NCBI GenBank assembly: GCA_016906335.1
Contig: JADEYG010000001.1
Coordinates: 1,612,001-1,676,000 of the forward strand
From: Novakomyces olei
Taxonomy: Eukaryota
Length of the DNA: 64,000 bases
Direction of reading: 5' to 3'
Made by a program: the position numbers and the translations under genes. This document shows, in pieces, positions 10,921 to 22,858 of this stretch. How positions within the stretch are numbered: position 1 is the first letter of the stretch; the number at the start of each line of letters is the position of its first letter. A model generated the notes under the pieces. It was not told where the DNA came from. It saw only the letters and a program-made list of their open reading frames with translations, and made no database searches.

Positions 10921-12236
10921 CTACACTTTTTTAACTGTTGTGCCATCATCATCGAAATCAAAATCGTCCTGCACCCGACGCCAACCAGATTTTGACAGCT
11001 CTTCCAGCAAGGCAGGCCGATCTGGGCCAAAGGAGGACGACTGACGATATTTTGGATGGGAGTAAGAGCCGACTGCGTCCTGTTGGCTGAGCTGCTGTTG
11101 CTTATCAGCCCGTTGCTTTGCGACAATATCCTCCTGCTTTCGAATTTCTTGGTCTAGTCGATCATCGTCCTCGTCATCGCTCTCGACTGTGTGCTGAATC
11201 CGCTTCCCGGTTAAATCGATCGTTATAGCACGTGATTTCTTCTTATTTTCTCGGCGGACTTGCCGTTGCTGCCTCAACAAAAGCAGTGCCTTTTCACTCG
11301 GATCGGACCATTTGCTATCGGTCGCGGTCGAATCAAAATCAGCAGCCTGATCAATAATTTTAGTACGCTGAGCTGCTGTTCTGTCAAAGTTAAGCAATGT
11401 GTTTTTCCTCTCCGTGGCCAAATTGTGCGCTCGTTCAATAGCAGCTTCATCGTATCTGCCACCACCCATTACTCCGGAATACGAGGACTGAGCGCGTCCA
11501 GGAGCTTTTGACCTGGCTGTTTGCGCATTGTAATGACTCTGTTTGACTCGCGCTTTACTACGACGTAAAGATTCAACCAATTCTTTTTTTTGTTCTGGCT
11601 GCAAAAGAGGTTGACCACAAAACGTACACGGGCCCATACCTTCCACAACGCATATAATTTTTCCACAATTTAAACAGTTGGGCGTGACTGTGTTTAGTGG
11701 ATGCCTGGTTGCCCCACAATTGCATACTTTTCGGTGCTGGGGTCCTTTTCCTGAATCCAGGGCAGAAGCCAGCTCGATCTGTTTTAAAACTGCCTCTATG
11801 TCATCAAGCCCTTCAACTTTTACGCCGGTAGATTTGTGCGACAGTTCGGGAAAGGCTGCATTATTCACATTCTTTGTTTTCACAGTACCAAATGGGTTAC
11901 TGTTAGACGCGCCAGGGATTTTAGGCGCAGCTTTTGATGCAGGCCGAGTTCCTGCTGGTGACGGCTGTTGCTTGTTCCGTACTTTTGATTTTTCAGTACC
12001 GAAATTTCGGGCCGTAAACGTCGATACGAAATCAAGACTGTCCGAGCTTTCACCCAATAGTTCCTGCGATCATTAGCTCTGTCTCCCAAACTCAAAGAGT
12101 ATAAATGTCATACAATAAGATATGAGGCTGCCCGTCCAGCGGTGCCCGTGGCCCTAGCTGCATCTAGTATCCCGTTTAGCGTCTCGTCTTCCAGCGGAAG
12201 CAGAGCCCGAAGACTTTCTAACGCGGATGAAGTCAT
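10921..12236 (-). CDS. RQT4: ASC-1/TRIP4 homolog with C2HC5 zinc finger (ribosome quality-control trigger subunit), 2 exons
   Basis: CNCGATRH..NCLNCGKIIC..GPCTFCG and LLNFDRTAAQRTKIIDQAADF. Exon 1 MTSSALES.. is joined via GTATGA..GCTAAT..CAG. Confidence 0.88.
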
Positions 12237-12386
12237 GGCGGATTTCAGGTCGGCCGACGATGGAGATCCATGTTCATTATGACAGGCATCTGATAAAAAT
12301 GCAATATATCAAAGACTACTCAGTCCACATTAAATATTATGTCTATTCATATTATTATATCTCTTTATCCAGCATAATGACAATGC

Positions 12387-12444
12387 TTAGGGTTAACAAA
12401 ATCCGTATACAAACTTGTATGGTAATGATTAGGTTTAGGGTTAG
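12387..12444. promoter_or_regulatory. Telobox motifs in the RQT4/glutaminyl cyclase divergent promoter
   Basis: TTAGGGTTA at 12387 and TTAGGTTTAGGGTTAG at 12429. Confidence 0.55.
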
Positions 12445-12606
12445 TATTCTCATTGACGATTTACATCTGTATATTATAAAAGCATTAGATTGTGTACTTG
12501 GATTATAGAAAATACGGTGCTAGCATTATCGGGAGAAAATATCGTGATAAACCAGATCGAGAATAATGAATAGCTGCACTGATACATGTCATTCACGGTT
12601 GGATGA

Positions 12607-13802
12607 ATGGCGGTTCCGCGCGGCAGAGCGGCAATTGCTTTAAGCGTGATTGTGCTATTATGCGCTGCGGCTTTCGCACTATTGCCCACCACTGTCACAG
12701 ATCAGAATTATTTGGAAAAGTATTTGGCAGCAGACAGTGAATTGACAAAAGCACTGCTCGACATCGACCACGGCAGTTTACTTGCGCCTCTTTTAATACC
12801 CCGGCCGGCGGGATCAGAAGCAGCAAATGATACGCTGTATTTTATTCGTGAAAAACTGGAAGATTTGAATGGATCTTGGCATACGGAAATAGACACTTTC
12901 CACGAACAAACACCGGCAGGCGTAGTGCGATTTTCTAATCTTGTAGCCACATTTTCAGGTCGCGAAGGTACGTACCGACAATTTTTTTTTTGATTTTCTA
13001 ATGGCAAAATTATGACAGGTCCTCATTTAATGCTCGCTGCACATTATGATTCGAAACGGGAGCCGGACGGCTTTGTGGGCGCTATTGATTCAGCAGTACC
13101 TTGTGCCATAATGCTGTATGTTGCTCACGCAGTTGCACAGCAGCAAAAGATCGGTATTCAGCTAGCTTTTTTTGATGGAGAGGAGGCATTTGAGGATTGG
13201 ACAGCTACCGATTCGCTCTACGGCTCTCGCCATATGGCGGCAAAATGGGACCAAGAAGTAGTAGAGTCAAGCGGAACGTTACAAAAACGTTCCTCTCGGC
13301 TGGAGAACATTGACGTTATGGTGCTATTAGATTTGCTGGGTACGGCAAATCCCTCAGTGCCCTCTTTCTACGTGGATACACATTCTCTTTACCGCCGTCT
13401 CGCGCTGATTGCGCAAAATTTATACCAATCAGGCGATATTTCTATTGATGCGACGCAATGGTTCCGAGACCGCAACACCCCACATTTGCGAGGTCCTCCC
13501 GCATGGCGCGTGGAGGATGATCATTTGCCCTTTATTGCGCGTGGTGTGTCTGCACTGCACGTAATTCCAGCGCCGCTGCCTTCTGTTTGGCACACGCTTG
13601 ATGTAATAAGGATCGCCATTTTGTTTTTATTCATTTCGCATTTCAATCCTTGTTTTTATCTACATTTTTATCTACATTCATTTTTATCTATATTCTTACT
13701 AATATTTCAAAGGATGACGCAGAGCATTTGCATCAAGCTACAGTCGACGCATGGGCAAAAATTATACTGCAATTCGTGTATGATACAGCAGGAAACTTGT
13801 AA
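12607..13802 (+). CDS. Glutaminyl-peptide cyclotransferase (peptidase M28 fold), 3 exons
   Basis: N-terminal hydrophobic anchor, LAAHYDSK, GAIDSAVPC, FFDGEEAF..DSLYGSRH, LLDLLG, EDDHLPF and WHTLD|D. Confidence 0.92.
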
Positions 13803-14130
13803 ATATAGAGCCTTGTTTGCTCCTTTGTATATATTGGAGTATTCGCTTGCGATAGAAAATGCGTAAATCAGCACCTGCCCTTTACCATGGCAAGTTTTAT
13901 TCAATCACAACGGTAGCGCGAAATGTATAAAACATAAATCAACATTGTCATTATGATCACAGTGGCTCAGCTCATATCATATTCCATATTCAGTGAGGCT
14001 ATTTAAATCTGTAGAAGAGCCAAAAGACTGATAGCAGACGCTTCGGCAAACACACGATACATTTGCACCAAAGTAATTTCGACGTCGGAACAAGCAGGCG
14101 TGCAGCGCAAGTTATATTTTATGAAATTTG

Positions 14131-14466
14131 CTAACCAGCGCGAACCGATTTTTGTGGCGATATTAGCGGATGCAGTTGGGCAAGGTACGTGCTACCGGTC
14201 AATAAGGGAAACAAGACGGATAGAGACACAACTTACATTGCCCAGAAAATATAGCAGCTGGCCAAAGTCAGAATGAGGGACATGCGCCACACGCTACATT
14301 AAAAGTCAGTCTTTGTCACTGGCAATAGTACAAACGCACGATTGATTATTGCCCCGGGGAGAAAACAGATACGCGGCTACACCGAGAGCGGCCACGATGA
14401 CGCCTACAATGATAATTGCCCACCTGTGCATTAGCTAATGTAGGACGCGCAAGCATACCCGCTCAT
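14131..14466 (-). CDS. VMA9: V-type ATPase subunit e, 4 exons; not in the ORF track
   Basis: Manual splicing gives MSGWAIIIVGVIVAALGVAAYLFSPRGNNQSVWRMSLILTLASCYIFWAITYLAQLHPLISPQKSVRAG*, containing the W..TYLAQLHPL signature. Confidence 0.92.
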
Positions 14467-14654
14467 ACTGCGGCAGTGTACTCTCGATCCGTAGTCATAC
14501 ACGAGTAAGCACGGCGTAGGGGATTGATCAATTTGAGAATTAATTTATTTACAGTACAATTCTTATTCCAGTCTCGTGTGTTTATAGTATTGAAGCCCAG
14601 GAAAACCATAGTTAATGTGCACTACTATTATTACTAGAATATCTATTTGTATAG

Positions 14655-14795
14655 ATTATGGTATTGGTATTTTTGGTATAATTATTTGTATAATTCTTGG
14701 TATAATTCTTGGTATTATTTGTATAATTATTGGTATTATTGGTATAATCATTGGTATAATTATTGGCATAATTATTGGTATATTACTGGTAGAAA
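14655..14795. repeat. Degenerate 9-12 bp tandem repeat (GGTATAATTATT)n in the VMA9/COX10 divergent promoter
   Basis: About 11 ggtat(a)att units; this explains the spurious I/G-rich ORF at 14615-14827. Confidence 0.85.
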
Positions 14796-14895
14796 TAATT
14801 ATTCGTAACAATATTGCAATAATGTGAAGGAGAGGAGCAGGATACTAAATTATTACACTATCGAAACCTGAAATCCAGGTCATTTTGACGCGCCA

Positions 14896-16170
14896 ATGCG
14901 GCTCGGAGACTCGCTTTTGTGGACGGTCTCTGCGCCAATTCCGCGCAGATTTATATGCTGCCAGTGTCAGCAATGGAAATCAATACGCCGGCGGAGTTTT
15001 GTGCATTATGCAGTTCGGCACGATCAGCAGCAGAGGCGAGAATCAGTGTGGAAAAGGTTGGACCATGCGACGGTAATCCCCGACTTTGCCCCTCAGTACG
15101 CTCAGAGTGGCGGGGCTCAGACTGACGGGGCAGTGACTCGGCAAAAGCTGAGCGCCCAAAATTTGCGGGACGCGTATGACAGACCGGAGCAGAGTTTGGC
15201 AACTGCAAATTCCAAACCGATTTCCGGGTTTCGGCGGGTATCGGCAACGCCTCAGCTGTCGGCGCTTGTAGCGCTGGCAAAACCAAAACTGAGTGCTCTT
15301 GTAGTGCTCACGAGTATGTCGGCGTACGCAATTGCGCCTTACCCGACTACTTCTCTCACCAGTCTTTTGTGTTTAACTGCAGGCACTTCTCTCTGCTGTG
15401 CGGCCGCGAACGCGTTTAATCAGTTTACGGAGCCGCTGTACGACGCGCAAATGGCGCGAACTCGAAATCGGCCGCTCGTTCGTGGCACAATTATGCCCGA
15501 TCAAGCTGCCCTGTACGCTGCTGCCTGTAGTGTTACTGGTGTAGCAGCACTGTATTATGGTGTTAATGGCACAGTAGCCGCTCTCGGCCTGGCCAATATC
15601 GTGCTTTACGCTGGCGTATACACGCCCATGAAACGCGTCTCCATCGCTAATACTTGGGTGGGGGCATTGGTGGGGGCACTGCCCCCACTAATGGGGTGGG
15701 CTGCCTGTAGTGGGGGTAGTCTCACGGCACACCCTGGCGGCCTCCTGCTGGGACTCGTACTGTTTGCCTGGCAGTTTCCTCATTTCAACTCCCTTTCATG
15801 GAGCCTCAGGGCTGACTATGCACGTGCTGGCTACCGCATGGCCTGTGTAACTGACCCGGCACTGAACGCTCGAGTCAGTTTACGGTGGACACTGGCTTTC
15901 TGGCCTATTTGCTTCCTTTTGCCTTATTACGGACTTGTAGATTCTTCTTTTTTGCTGGATAGTGCAGTTGTCAATGGGCTTCTGACACTGCGCGCATGGC
16001 AGTTTTACCGGAACACAAACGGTGCTACTGCTAGAAAACTGTTCTTTGCCAGCCTTGTGCATTTACCACTGCTGCTTATTCTTGCAATGGTGCACCATGT
16101 TGCCCTTTTCTGGCTGATTGATGACGACGAGCTGGAAGAGGGTCTGCCTGCCAAGGGAGCCGAGTTTTAG
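14896..16170 (+). CDS. COX10: Protoheme IX farnesyltransferase (heme O synthase), mitochondrial
   Basis: LAKPKLSALVV, D.QM.RTRNRPL, YTPMKR..NTWVGA, PPLMGW, WQFPHFNSL and DYARAGYRM. Confidence 0.96.
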   Translation: MRLGDSLLWTVSAPIPRRFICCQCQQWKSIRRRSFVHYAVRHDQQQRRESVWKRLDHATVIPDFAPQYAQSGGAQTDGAVTRQKLSAQNLRDAYDRPEQSLATANSKPISGFRRVSATPQLSALVALAKPKLSALVVLTSMSAYAIAPYPTTSLTSLLCLTAGTSLCCAAANAFNQFTEPLYDAQMARTRNRPLVRGTIMPDQAALYAAACSVTGVAALYYGVNGTVAALGLANIVLYAGVYTPMKRVSIANTWVGALVGALPPLMGWAACSGGSLTAHPGGLLLGLVLFAWQFPHFNSLSWSLRADYARAGYRMACVTDPALNARVSLRWTLAFWPICFLLPYYGLVDSSFLLDSAVVNGLLTLRAWQFYRNTNGATARKLFFASLVHLPLLLILAMVHHVALFWLIDDDELEEGLPAKGAEF

Positions 16171-16549
16171 ACTGCCCGTGTCACTGGCTCGTGTACAGTG
16201 TAAAGGCTTTCGTTATTCGGCCTTTAGCCTTTGCACATTGCTTAATTGTATGCACACTATTGGATTGTGCAGTTTAGCAACTTCTAAAGACTTTTTAAAT
16301 GGAGCCTAAACTATCGCTAATACAAACATCCACCAAGATTTAGTTTAAACCCTTTTGCAGTGGCAACCGTCTCGCCAAGTCTATATAGACCTTGTTCTGA
16401 AACCCAGTTTTAGTTGTCCCGTTATGCTCAAGCCTACACAATCTTGCCGGCAGACCCGCAAGGCTCAATCTTCCAACGTGCCCGGTACAGTGTGTAATTT
16501 GCTGTCCCTATGCTAATGCCATTACTGCGCAAACATACCTTGAGCACGC

Positions 16550-17863
16550 TTATTCCATACCCTCAAAGGTCGCAACTGGGCGTTTCTGCGGGTGTACAAG
16601 CTCGCGCTCTTGCCGACGCCGTTTTTTCCGTTCTTTGCGAGTTAGACGCTTGCTTTTTGGCTCATCGGAATCGTCGTCATCTGACCCTTGGTTTTCAGGC
16701 TCCTCGGGCTCCTCAGGCTCCGGACCAGCACTTTTAACTTCTGCCAGTTCATCATTTTGTTCAACTTTTCGAGTTTTAGCGCTGGTGCTCTGAGGGAACC
16801 AGCGCACTTGGGAACCGGACGCAGAGACGATAGAATCACCGTCAAGACACAGTCCCTCAACAGACCCAGGCACAGCGTAGCGGCCAATCAGCTCCTTATA
16901 CCGGTTAGGTTTAAGGTCTAATCGCCAGATAGAGGCGTCACTGAAAGCAACAAAAAGCTCATCGCCACTAGCCAGCATGGCGTCTACTCCCTCATCCACA
17001 GGCGGTAAAATGCGGTCGACAGAGTCGCCCCACTGCCCGTAGCGAAACAGCGAAATAACCCCATCCAGCTGGCCGACTGCTAATACGCTCGGCTTTCCAC
17101 TGTGGCCAAAAATACAGGCGGAATCCATTAAATCAGTTTCCTGGTCTTCACTTTGAACTGCTGGCGTTTCCCGCTTCAATCGGCGAATGTCCCAGTACGA
17201 CAAGGTTCCATCGCCACTTGTAGCCACAAACGATCTCTCGTCCTGTGCGTGCAACGAAGTAATATAGTCAAAATGCAGCAAAGACGTGTGCACGGCTGCC
17301 TCTGGCTGCCTAACGTCCCACACTTTAATCACACCAGAATCATCGCCAGTGACAAATTGCTGTGCGCTTAGAAACTCGGCCGCGTTTATTCCTTCACTAT
17401 CGTGCGTTTGAACGAACTTTTGTCGTACTCGGCCGGTGGCAGAGTCGGCCAGTTTAACTATCCTATCTGATCCCGCACTCAATAGTGCTTTTTGTTAGTG
17501 ATGATTGCAGATGATAATCTTGAAGTATTATAAAAGCAGGCAGTCAAAAGGACAGGCAGTCAAAAGAGCAGGCAGAATAAAACGGGAAAATAAAAAAGTT
17601 AAAAACATTCTAAATATATGGAATTGTCAAGCGGAGCGTTGGATAAGGAGAAAAGGCAGCGCAATATTCTTACTTGAACCATCGATACTAAAGTCCAATG
17701 CGCGACAGGCGAGCTTGTGTCTTCGTGTAGACCATTGCTTTTCTTGTGTCTGACTTTTGTATACTTTCACATGTCCAGTTACGAGCCCAACGGCAACTAG
17801 CGACTGCTCTTCATGCGTTGCAAGAGCGAGCACATCGTCTGGTTCTTCAATTTGCTTATCCAT
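16550..17863 (-). CDS. JIP5: WD40 protein Jip5/WDR55 family, 2 exons
   Basis: VGLVTGHV, WSTRRHKLACR, TGDDSGVIKVWD, HFDYIT, TSGDGTL, QSEDQE, WGDSVDRI and a basic C-terminal tail ending FEGME. Confidence 0.88.
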
Positions 17864-17922
17864 ACCAGATAGCAATTGAGCTTTTTATGATGATAAAATA
17901 ATAATTATTTATTTATGAAAAA

Positions 17923-17940
17923 TAACCCTAACTAACCCTG
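17923..17940. promoter_or_regulatory. Telobox doublet TAACCCTAAC-TAACCCTG upstream of JIP5
   Basis: About 60 bp upstream of the ATG. Confidence 0.6.
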
Positions 17941-18283
17941 TTCAGATAGCGAATAGCAAATTACTCCCCCATCGTTTAGATTTCTAAATATTTATTTAAA
18001 TCCTCTTTTTACCTTTGCGTGACTGATGGGTATGTCAAAGGCTGCACTGGACCTTTTAGTATTGCAAAGAAAGTCATATATTATACAAAATGCAGCATGT
18101 TACTATAGGATAAAACTATAAACCCAAATATTCAACACATTTGCTCAACACCGCAAGCCGAGTACTATCAAAAAGCCATTATGGCTTGAATATTGTTTGC
18201 CGCTTGCACCTAGCGTTATGCAAAACAAAAATAGAAATGCAATAGAGGGAGAGCTTTTGGTATTCTAAACCAACCAATTTACA

Positions 18284-19659
18284 TTATCGTATACGATGCT
18301 TGCCTTTCTTTTGAGCCGCATGTGAATTGGAGGTGCCCGTAGTCCATCTGAAAAGTCAGTATGAATGTCGAAAATCCTTTTGTCTTAATGCGTAAAGTAC
18401 TTAGAAAAGCAACACAGTCAGAGATTAAAAATCAAGCCGTGTCCAGCACCAGAGTCATCAAGGAAAAAGATAAGAAAAAGGAATAGAAAGAGCAACAATA
18501 GTAGTAACAATGTGAAGCTTACATCCGAACTATCCAGTCGTCCCCGGTAGAAGCAAACATGTACGGGTCCCGTGGGTTATAAGCCACGCAATTGACGGTC
18601 CGTAAATGGCCTGGCAGACGCTCTAACAATGCGCCCGATTCGCGATGCCACACGTAAATCATTTCGTCTTCACTTCCGCTTAAAATGAATGACTCGTCTG
18701 CTCCACCAAAGCACGAACGAATTACAAACCGTCCCTGTCGCTGTCCTGTGTACTTTCGTACTAGTGTCATATTATTCAAGTCCCATAAACGGACTTCCTG
18801 TGGAGCTACATTGAAAAGAGCGTACCTTGAATCTCGGCTTATACTAACACTGGAAATTTCTTGATCAAATTCATGGCTCGCTGTAACTGTGCGCGAAGGC
18901 ATGTCCCAGACGTAAAACATTTTCAGATTAATCGTTACCAGAGTTTTGCCGTCCGGCGATAACGCCATGTCGTATATCCGATGATCCTCGATACGCTCCA
19001 CAATTTGCCCATTAATATTCCAAAATATCAGGCTCATATCAAGTCCGCTTGTAACAAACATTGTATCGCTGAGCCACGCGCAAGACGGAGGCGGCTCCGT
19101 ATGACCCTCACAAACCCGCAAACAAGCACCGGTCTCAGCGTCCCAGAGACGCGCAGTTCTGTCGAGGGAGCAGGAGACCAGCCTCGTATCATCTGGAGAC
19201 CAGGCAACAAAGGCAACAGAATTTGTATGGCCCGATAGTTCAAGCACGCTTTGCCCCGTGTACGGGTCCCATATTATAATAGTCATGTCCAAGCTGCAAG
19301 TAGCCAGAAACTTTCCAGAATGACTAAACGCGGCGTACCATACTTCATCCTTGTGCTGAGAGCATGCAAACGTTGCTGTGTGGGGGAATTCGTCGGGCGA
19401 AGCCTTGTAGTCCGCGAAAAGCGTAGTGGGCTTTGAGGCATTGTGCCAAACTGCCCGGTCGATTTGGTACTGCTGTGCTTGTTGTAATAGTGTATCCAGC
19501 CGGTGCAGCGGGATAATGATAGACGGTGCCATATGCGATTCAATATCGGCTAACAAAGATTCTCTTGATGAAATTTTAGGCAAGTTTGCGCGTATCCGCG
19601 AGTCTAATTGGCTCGTGTCCACCATTATCAAACTGGTATTAGTAAAGGTAATAATAAAA

Positions 19660-19695
<36 letters not shown>

Positions 19696-20292
19696 CCTAC
19701 CTGGTCAGCGTGTTGATTCGGTTGAAATCTTTCTGCAGTGGCGTTACATGGCGGCGCAAGAAAAGCAGTGCTGCATCCAGATTAGCCAGTGACCGGTCCT
19801 GTAACATTTCCACAAACTGTCTTTCCCGTATGGCCAATACAGCATCCTAAAAGACGTTAGAGGGAACCGACAATAGAGCAGGCGTACCCGACCAGCATGG
19901 TGGTTTTGGAGTTGCATATTAGACAGCAAGTCCTGAGCCCTTTGCCAGTCACCAGACAAAATCGCCTGCTTGAACAAATCGACCTGTGCCAGTTCCACGG
20001 TAAGGCCAGTTTCCCGGCTTAGTGTTTGAGCCGAATGACTTTACCCGTTAATTATTTATTCAATTTGAATTTCGTACCTACAGCCCAGATCAGACAGCGC
20101 CTGTATCATGAGCCGGATAATCTCCGTTGAACGTGTGGACTCGCCGCTGCCTTGCGGTGGACAAGCTCCGGAAGGCTGATCATCCGTGTCGTCATCAGTT
20201 GCAGATACCCGACTGTTGTTGCCATTCACGTGGTACCCGTTGCTGCGCTGATAGCTGCCGTCCTCCACTGCCGTCCGCTGCTCGGTACGCAT
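18284..20292 (-). CDS. GID7: LisH/CTLH-WD40 protein, WDR26/Gid7 family (GID/CTLH E3 ligase), 5 exons
   Basis: EIIRLMIQALSDLG (LisH), FKQAILSGDW (CTLH), IIPLHRLDTLLQQA, HKDEVW, FVIRSCFGG and LSGSED. Confidence 0.9.
19655..19694. repeat. (AAAT)n microsatellite inside a GID7 intron
   Basis: Read directly from the sequence. Confidence 0.9.
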
Positions 20293-21027
20293 CTCTATGC
20301 CCAAGGCGCTTCCTTCTTCCCCAACGGCAAGTTTCTGACGCTTTGTTGCACGCGAACTCTCCGTTGGGGAGGAGAGTAAACGAGCGGGAGATGAAATGAT
20401 CGCTAAAAGGAGACAGAATGCGCCTGAACTGGCGATTTCCGCGTGGCCAATGTTACAAGAGGCTCCCGCGAAATTTAATTGTAATTCCGTCTCGCAACGA
20501 GTGCTTTATCATCCGAGGGTTTTCTGCCAACGAATCTGTGACGAAAACGCTGGACCGTTGAGCCTGTACTCGAGAAAATATATAGTATATTAAGTACTGC
20601 TGACGACAGATTGTACTTGCTACATCCAATATACAACTCATGCGAGCACTAGACTTGACCATGACTTGGACACAAGCAATACATTCGGTCTCTAACCTAT
20701 TATAATAAAGATACTATAATATACAATATATACAAAACATATGGCTCATATCGAGTTTACAGGAAAAACTGTTCAAATTATTTAGACTGCATTACCCGGC
20801 TTAAAGACATTGTAGATGAAACGATTCTAATGGATACAGAGGAACCACAGTCCTCTGTAACCGTTAGAAGACCCCATCACAACGGGCGTGCAAAAGCAGC
20901 CATTTAAACGACGGGATGCTACAAGCGACGACACAAACCTTGACAAAGGTGCATTCACTCGCTCTAACGCGCAGACAATTGAAAATAGCTGGACGCTGCG
21001 TCCAACAATTGACAAATTGTACTGCGT

Positions 21028-21140
21028 AGAAAAAGGTACCAAAAAGTATAAAGGCGACTCTTTACGAGGCCAGACACGGTTGTTTCTGGTAAAAGGCAAG
21101 AAACAAATACGACTTGTCTAACCCCGGCCGCAGATGGTGT
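21028..21140 (-). ncRNA. U5: U5 spliceosomal snRNA
   Basis: Invariant loop I UGCCUUUUACC (GCCUUUUAC at 21097-21089) closed by UUGUUUCU/AGAAACAA, followed by CCG. Lower stems are CGGGGUUAGAC/GUCUGGCCUCG and GCGGC/GUCGC. An Sm-like ACUUUUUGG lies at 21047-21039 and a TATA at 21170-21161. The ends are approximate. Confidence 0.92.
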
Positions 21141-21160
21141 GCAGTACGGCAATAGCCACT

Positions 21161-21346
21161 CTATATATAGTCGCCCTTAACCTAACCCTTAGCAGTCACG
21201 CTCAAGATAGTAAGCGAAGGTTACATATGAAATTGCACAGAGAATTCTCACAGGCAAACACGATACTGGAAATAGTGCATGCACACGTGTCGTATGGAAT
21301 TTATACATTAAACCCGAAAACCTCATGATATTAGGGTTAGGGTTAG
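21161..21346. promoter_or_regulatory. U5/REV7 divergent promoter: TATA box plus teloboxes
   Basis: CTATATATAG at 21161-21170, CCCTTAACCTAACCCTTA at about 21174-21191 and TTAGGGTTAGGGTTAG at 21331-21346. Confidence 0.6.
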
Positions 21347-21630
21347 TGGTGGTCCGTGTTCAATCGAGCATCAGCGTCGAGCTATCGACCGATCATGTCC
21401 AAAATAACCATTTAGCTTAGTTTTTGAAATCGCATCAGTCGGTTTAGTGTTGCATCTAGTCCCAATCTTTGCATATTTTGTAGAATCGTGGAGCATAGTG
21501 TATGCTTTATAATGGCCATGCTCATATACTTTGGCTGAAACAGAACACACGTGTTCCATGACAGCTCAACAATAAATTTCGTTATCGACAGGTCTTTTAC
21601 GCGCAAAGACTCCAGTTATGAGCCATCGAT

Positions 21631-22529
21631 ATGTCGAGCAAACGGAAGTCTGTCGACGACAATTGGACTATTAATCGTAAGAACGACGTAGACGCAGACA
21701 GCTGACATTTGAACAGAAATAATCAAAGTGTTTGCCGAATTTTGTATGTAAAAATGAGCCCACGTTGTGGCTGACTTTGCAGTTACAGTCGCCATACATA
21801 CGATCATCAGAAACAGAAAGATTTACGCGTCGGGTAACGTGATTTGGAGGACTGAGAGCTAATGGACTAGAAATATTTGCAAAGGCTCGCAAGTACAATG
21901 CTGTTGTATGGCAATCCTGCCATCCAACCCTCAACAAGTACATCAATGATGCGGTAGACAGTGTCGTTGTTCAAATGAAAAAGGGGTCTCTTGAGCGGAT
22001 AATGCTGCTTATTATGTCTCCGCAGCAAATTGTATTAGAGCGCTATGTATTCGACGTGTCCACTCTACCAAACATCCCTGAATCTGATCGTGATTTTCCG
22101 TAAGTCTTTCTTTCCCCGTTGGTCTCTACAGGAGACTTTTCTATTTGTTGTTATTTTGTTTTGAGCTTTATTATCTGTCGCTGGAAAATGTTTACCAACA
22201 TCAGCATCGAGGAGGAAGCTTTTGATGGAGACTTGCTTACGGAAAACTTGCGGGCTGCGATGTACAAGCTCTCTGTCTGCGATGCTGCGCTGGGAGATCT
22301 TCCACCTGACTGTACGTTTTCTATTGCGATAGATATTCAGGACAGGGAGACCGCATCTTTGCCCACGGAAGACTGGATCCTGTCGGGTCAGCAACCGCCC
22401 AGCAGCAACGCGGATAATTCACGTCCTGCCACGTCAGGTATCCGCCCCGTGCGTTCTATCAATGTTGGGCCCATGCTCCTCGAAGTTTACATTGAAGAGT
22501 CCGTTGCCAAGGGAAAGACAAAAGAATAG
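21631..22529 (+). CDS. REV7: DNA polymerase zeta subunit Rev7 (HORMA domain), 5 exons
   Basis: Spliced product FAEFFTVAIHTIIRNRKIYASEIFAKARKYNAVVWQSCHPTLNKYI..LERYVFDVS..LPPDCTFSIAI. Confidence 0.9.
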
Positions 22530-22858
22530 CCATGTAAACTTGACGGCTCTTTACTTATAATTTATTTTCTTGCATCTCTTCGGATTTCCACTATCATAAG
22601 ATAGCCGAGTAGCGCCAGGCGTTTCACTCTAAAGGAGTCCACACATAACAGCACGATCATTTTATTTCTTCAATTATAATTTAGTATTGTAGGTTCATTT
22701 ACACCTGTATGTGAGCCGTGAAACGGCCGAGTTAAACATCGTCAAACATCGTCAAACATCATCTATAACCCCCAAGACTCAACAACAGTAACTTGCCACC
22801 AGTGCGACATTTAATAGATTTTTGCTCTTCCCCTTCTTTTATCCTTCTTTTCATTCAC

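Noticed and set aside
14615-14827. Ile/Gly-rich membrane-peptide ORF
   Set aside because: It is the translation of an AT-rich tandem repeat in a divergent promoter.
20811-21140. Whole region as one H/ACA snoRNA or RNase MRP/P RNA
   Set aside because: There is no proper H box or P4 consensus, and the 5' part is explained by the U5 loop I signature.
21174-21191. CTAACCCT as a telomerase template on the plus strand
   Set aside because: It lies in the U5/REV7 promoter next to a TATA box and matches the promoter telobox pattern seen throughout the window.
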